A stretch of 60,221 bases of DNA, filler included, from Stramenopiles sp. TOSAG23-3 (taxonomy: Eukaryota), in assembly GCA_900128585.1 (NCBI GenBank). It is 12 parts of 12 records of this genome, joined end to end, with 100 filler letters (N's around TTAATTAATTAA, not from the genome) between each part and the next. Parts side by side here need not be neighbours in the genome. Positions count along the whole stretch, not along the records: positions 55,307 to 60,221 come from LT643670.1; 11 more parts are not named here. One strand, written 5' to 3'. The position numbers were made by a program, and so were the translations under genes. Of the stretch, positions 59,947-60,221 are shown piece after piece. The number at the start of each line of letters is the position of its first letter. Position 1 is the stretch's first letter. The notes beneath the pieces were generated by a model. It had not been told where the DNA came from. It saw only the letters and a program-made list of their open reading frames with translations, and made no database searches.

Positions 59947-60221
59947 ATAAAAAAACTTTTGTACAATCCAATTTAAAAGTATAAAGTACATATCCAGTTG
60001 TTAACGTACCGCATCATTTTTTTAATATAAATAATATACCTCAAGTACGAGGACCAGTTAGTAGTCGTTCTATTAACTGAGTCTAAATTAAATTTTTTGT
60101 ATTTTTTTACCTTTTATAATTACATTCTTCTTCTCTCTTCTCTCTTCTTCTTCTTTCTTCTTCTTTCTTCTTCTTCTTCTTCTTCTTCTTCTCTCTTCTT
60201 TTTCTTCTTCTCTCTTCTTCT

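Overview
This is not one locus. It is twelve unrelated ~4.9-kb eukaryotic contigs in decreasing length order, joined by artificial 100-nt linkers (N44-TTAATTAATTAA-N44). Genes are compact, mostly intronless and moderately GC-rich, and spacers are very AT-rich. That fits a marine protist single-cell or metagenome assembly; a stramenopile origin is an inference. Recognisable genes: SLC25 carrier, TSR3, KAE1/OSGEP, TTD14-like NTPase, MGST3, ENT, kinesin, MRS2, ZIP and TBL2. Most notable observations: (1) a ~65-bp dispersed element found only downstream of gene 3' ends; (2) a pseudo-caspase with a coiled-coil insert plus FN3, ARM-like and IQ regions; (3) a Frizzled-CRD-like multi-TM protein running into an LRR; (4) a tandem Cache-like surface protein; (5) a triple-sulfotransferase/glycosyltransferase fusion; (6) a repeat-flanked, possibly virus- or mobile-element-derived contig; (7) a DIRS RNase H relic; (8) several genes split by apparent 1-2 nt frameshifts. 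All domain calls are by-eye motif recognition, not database searches.
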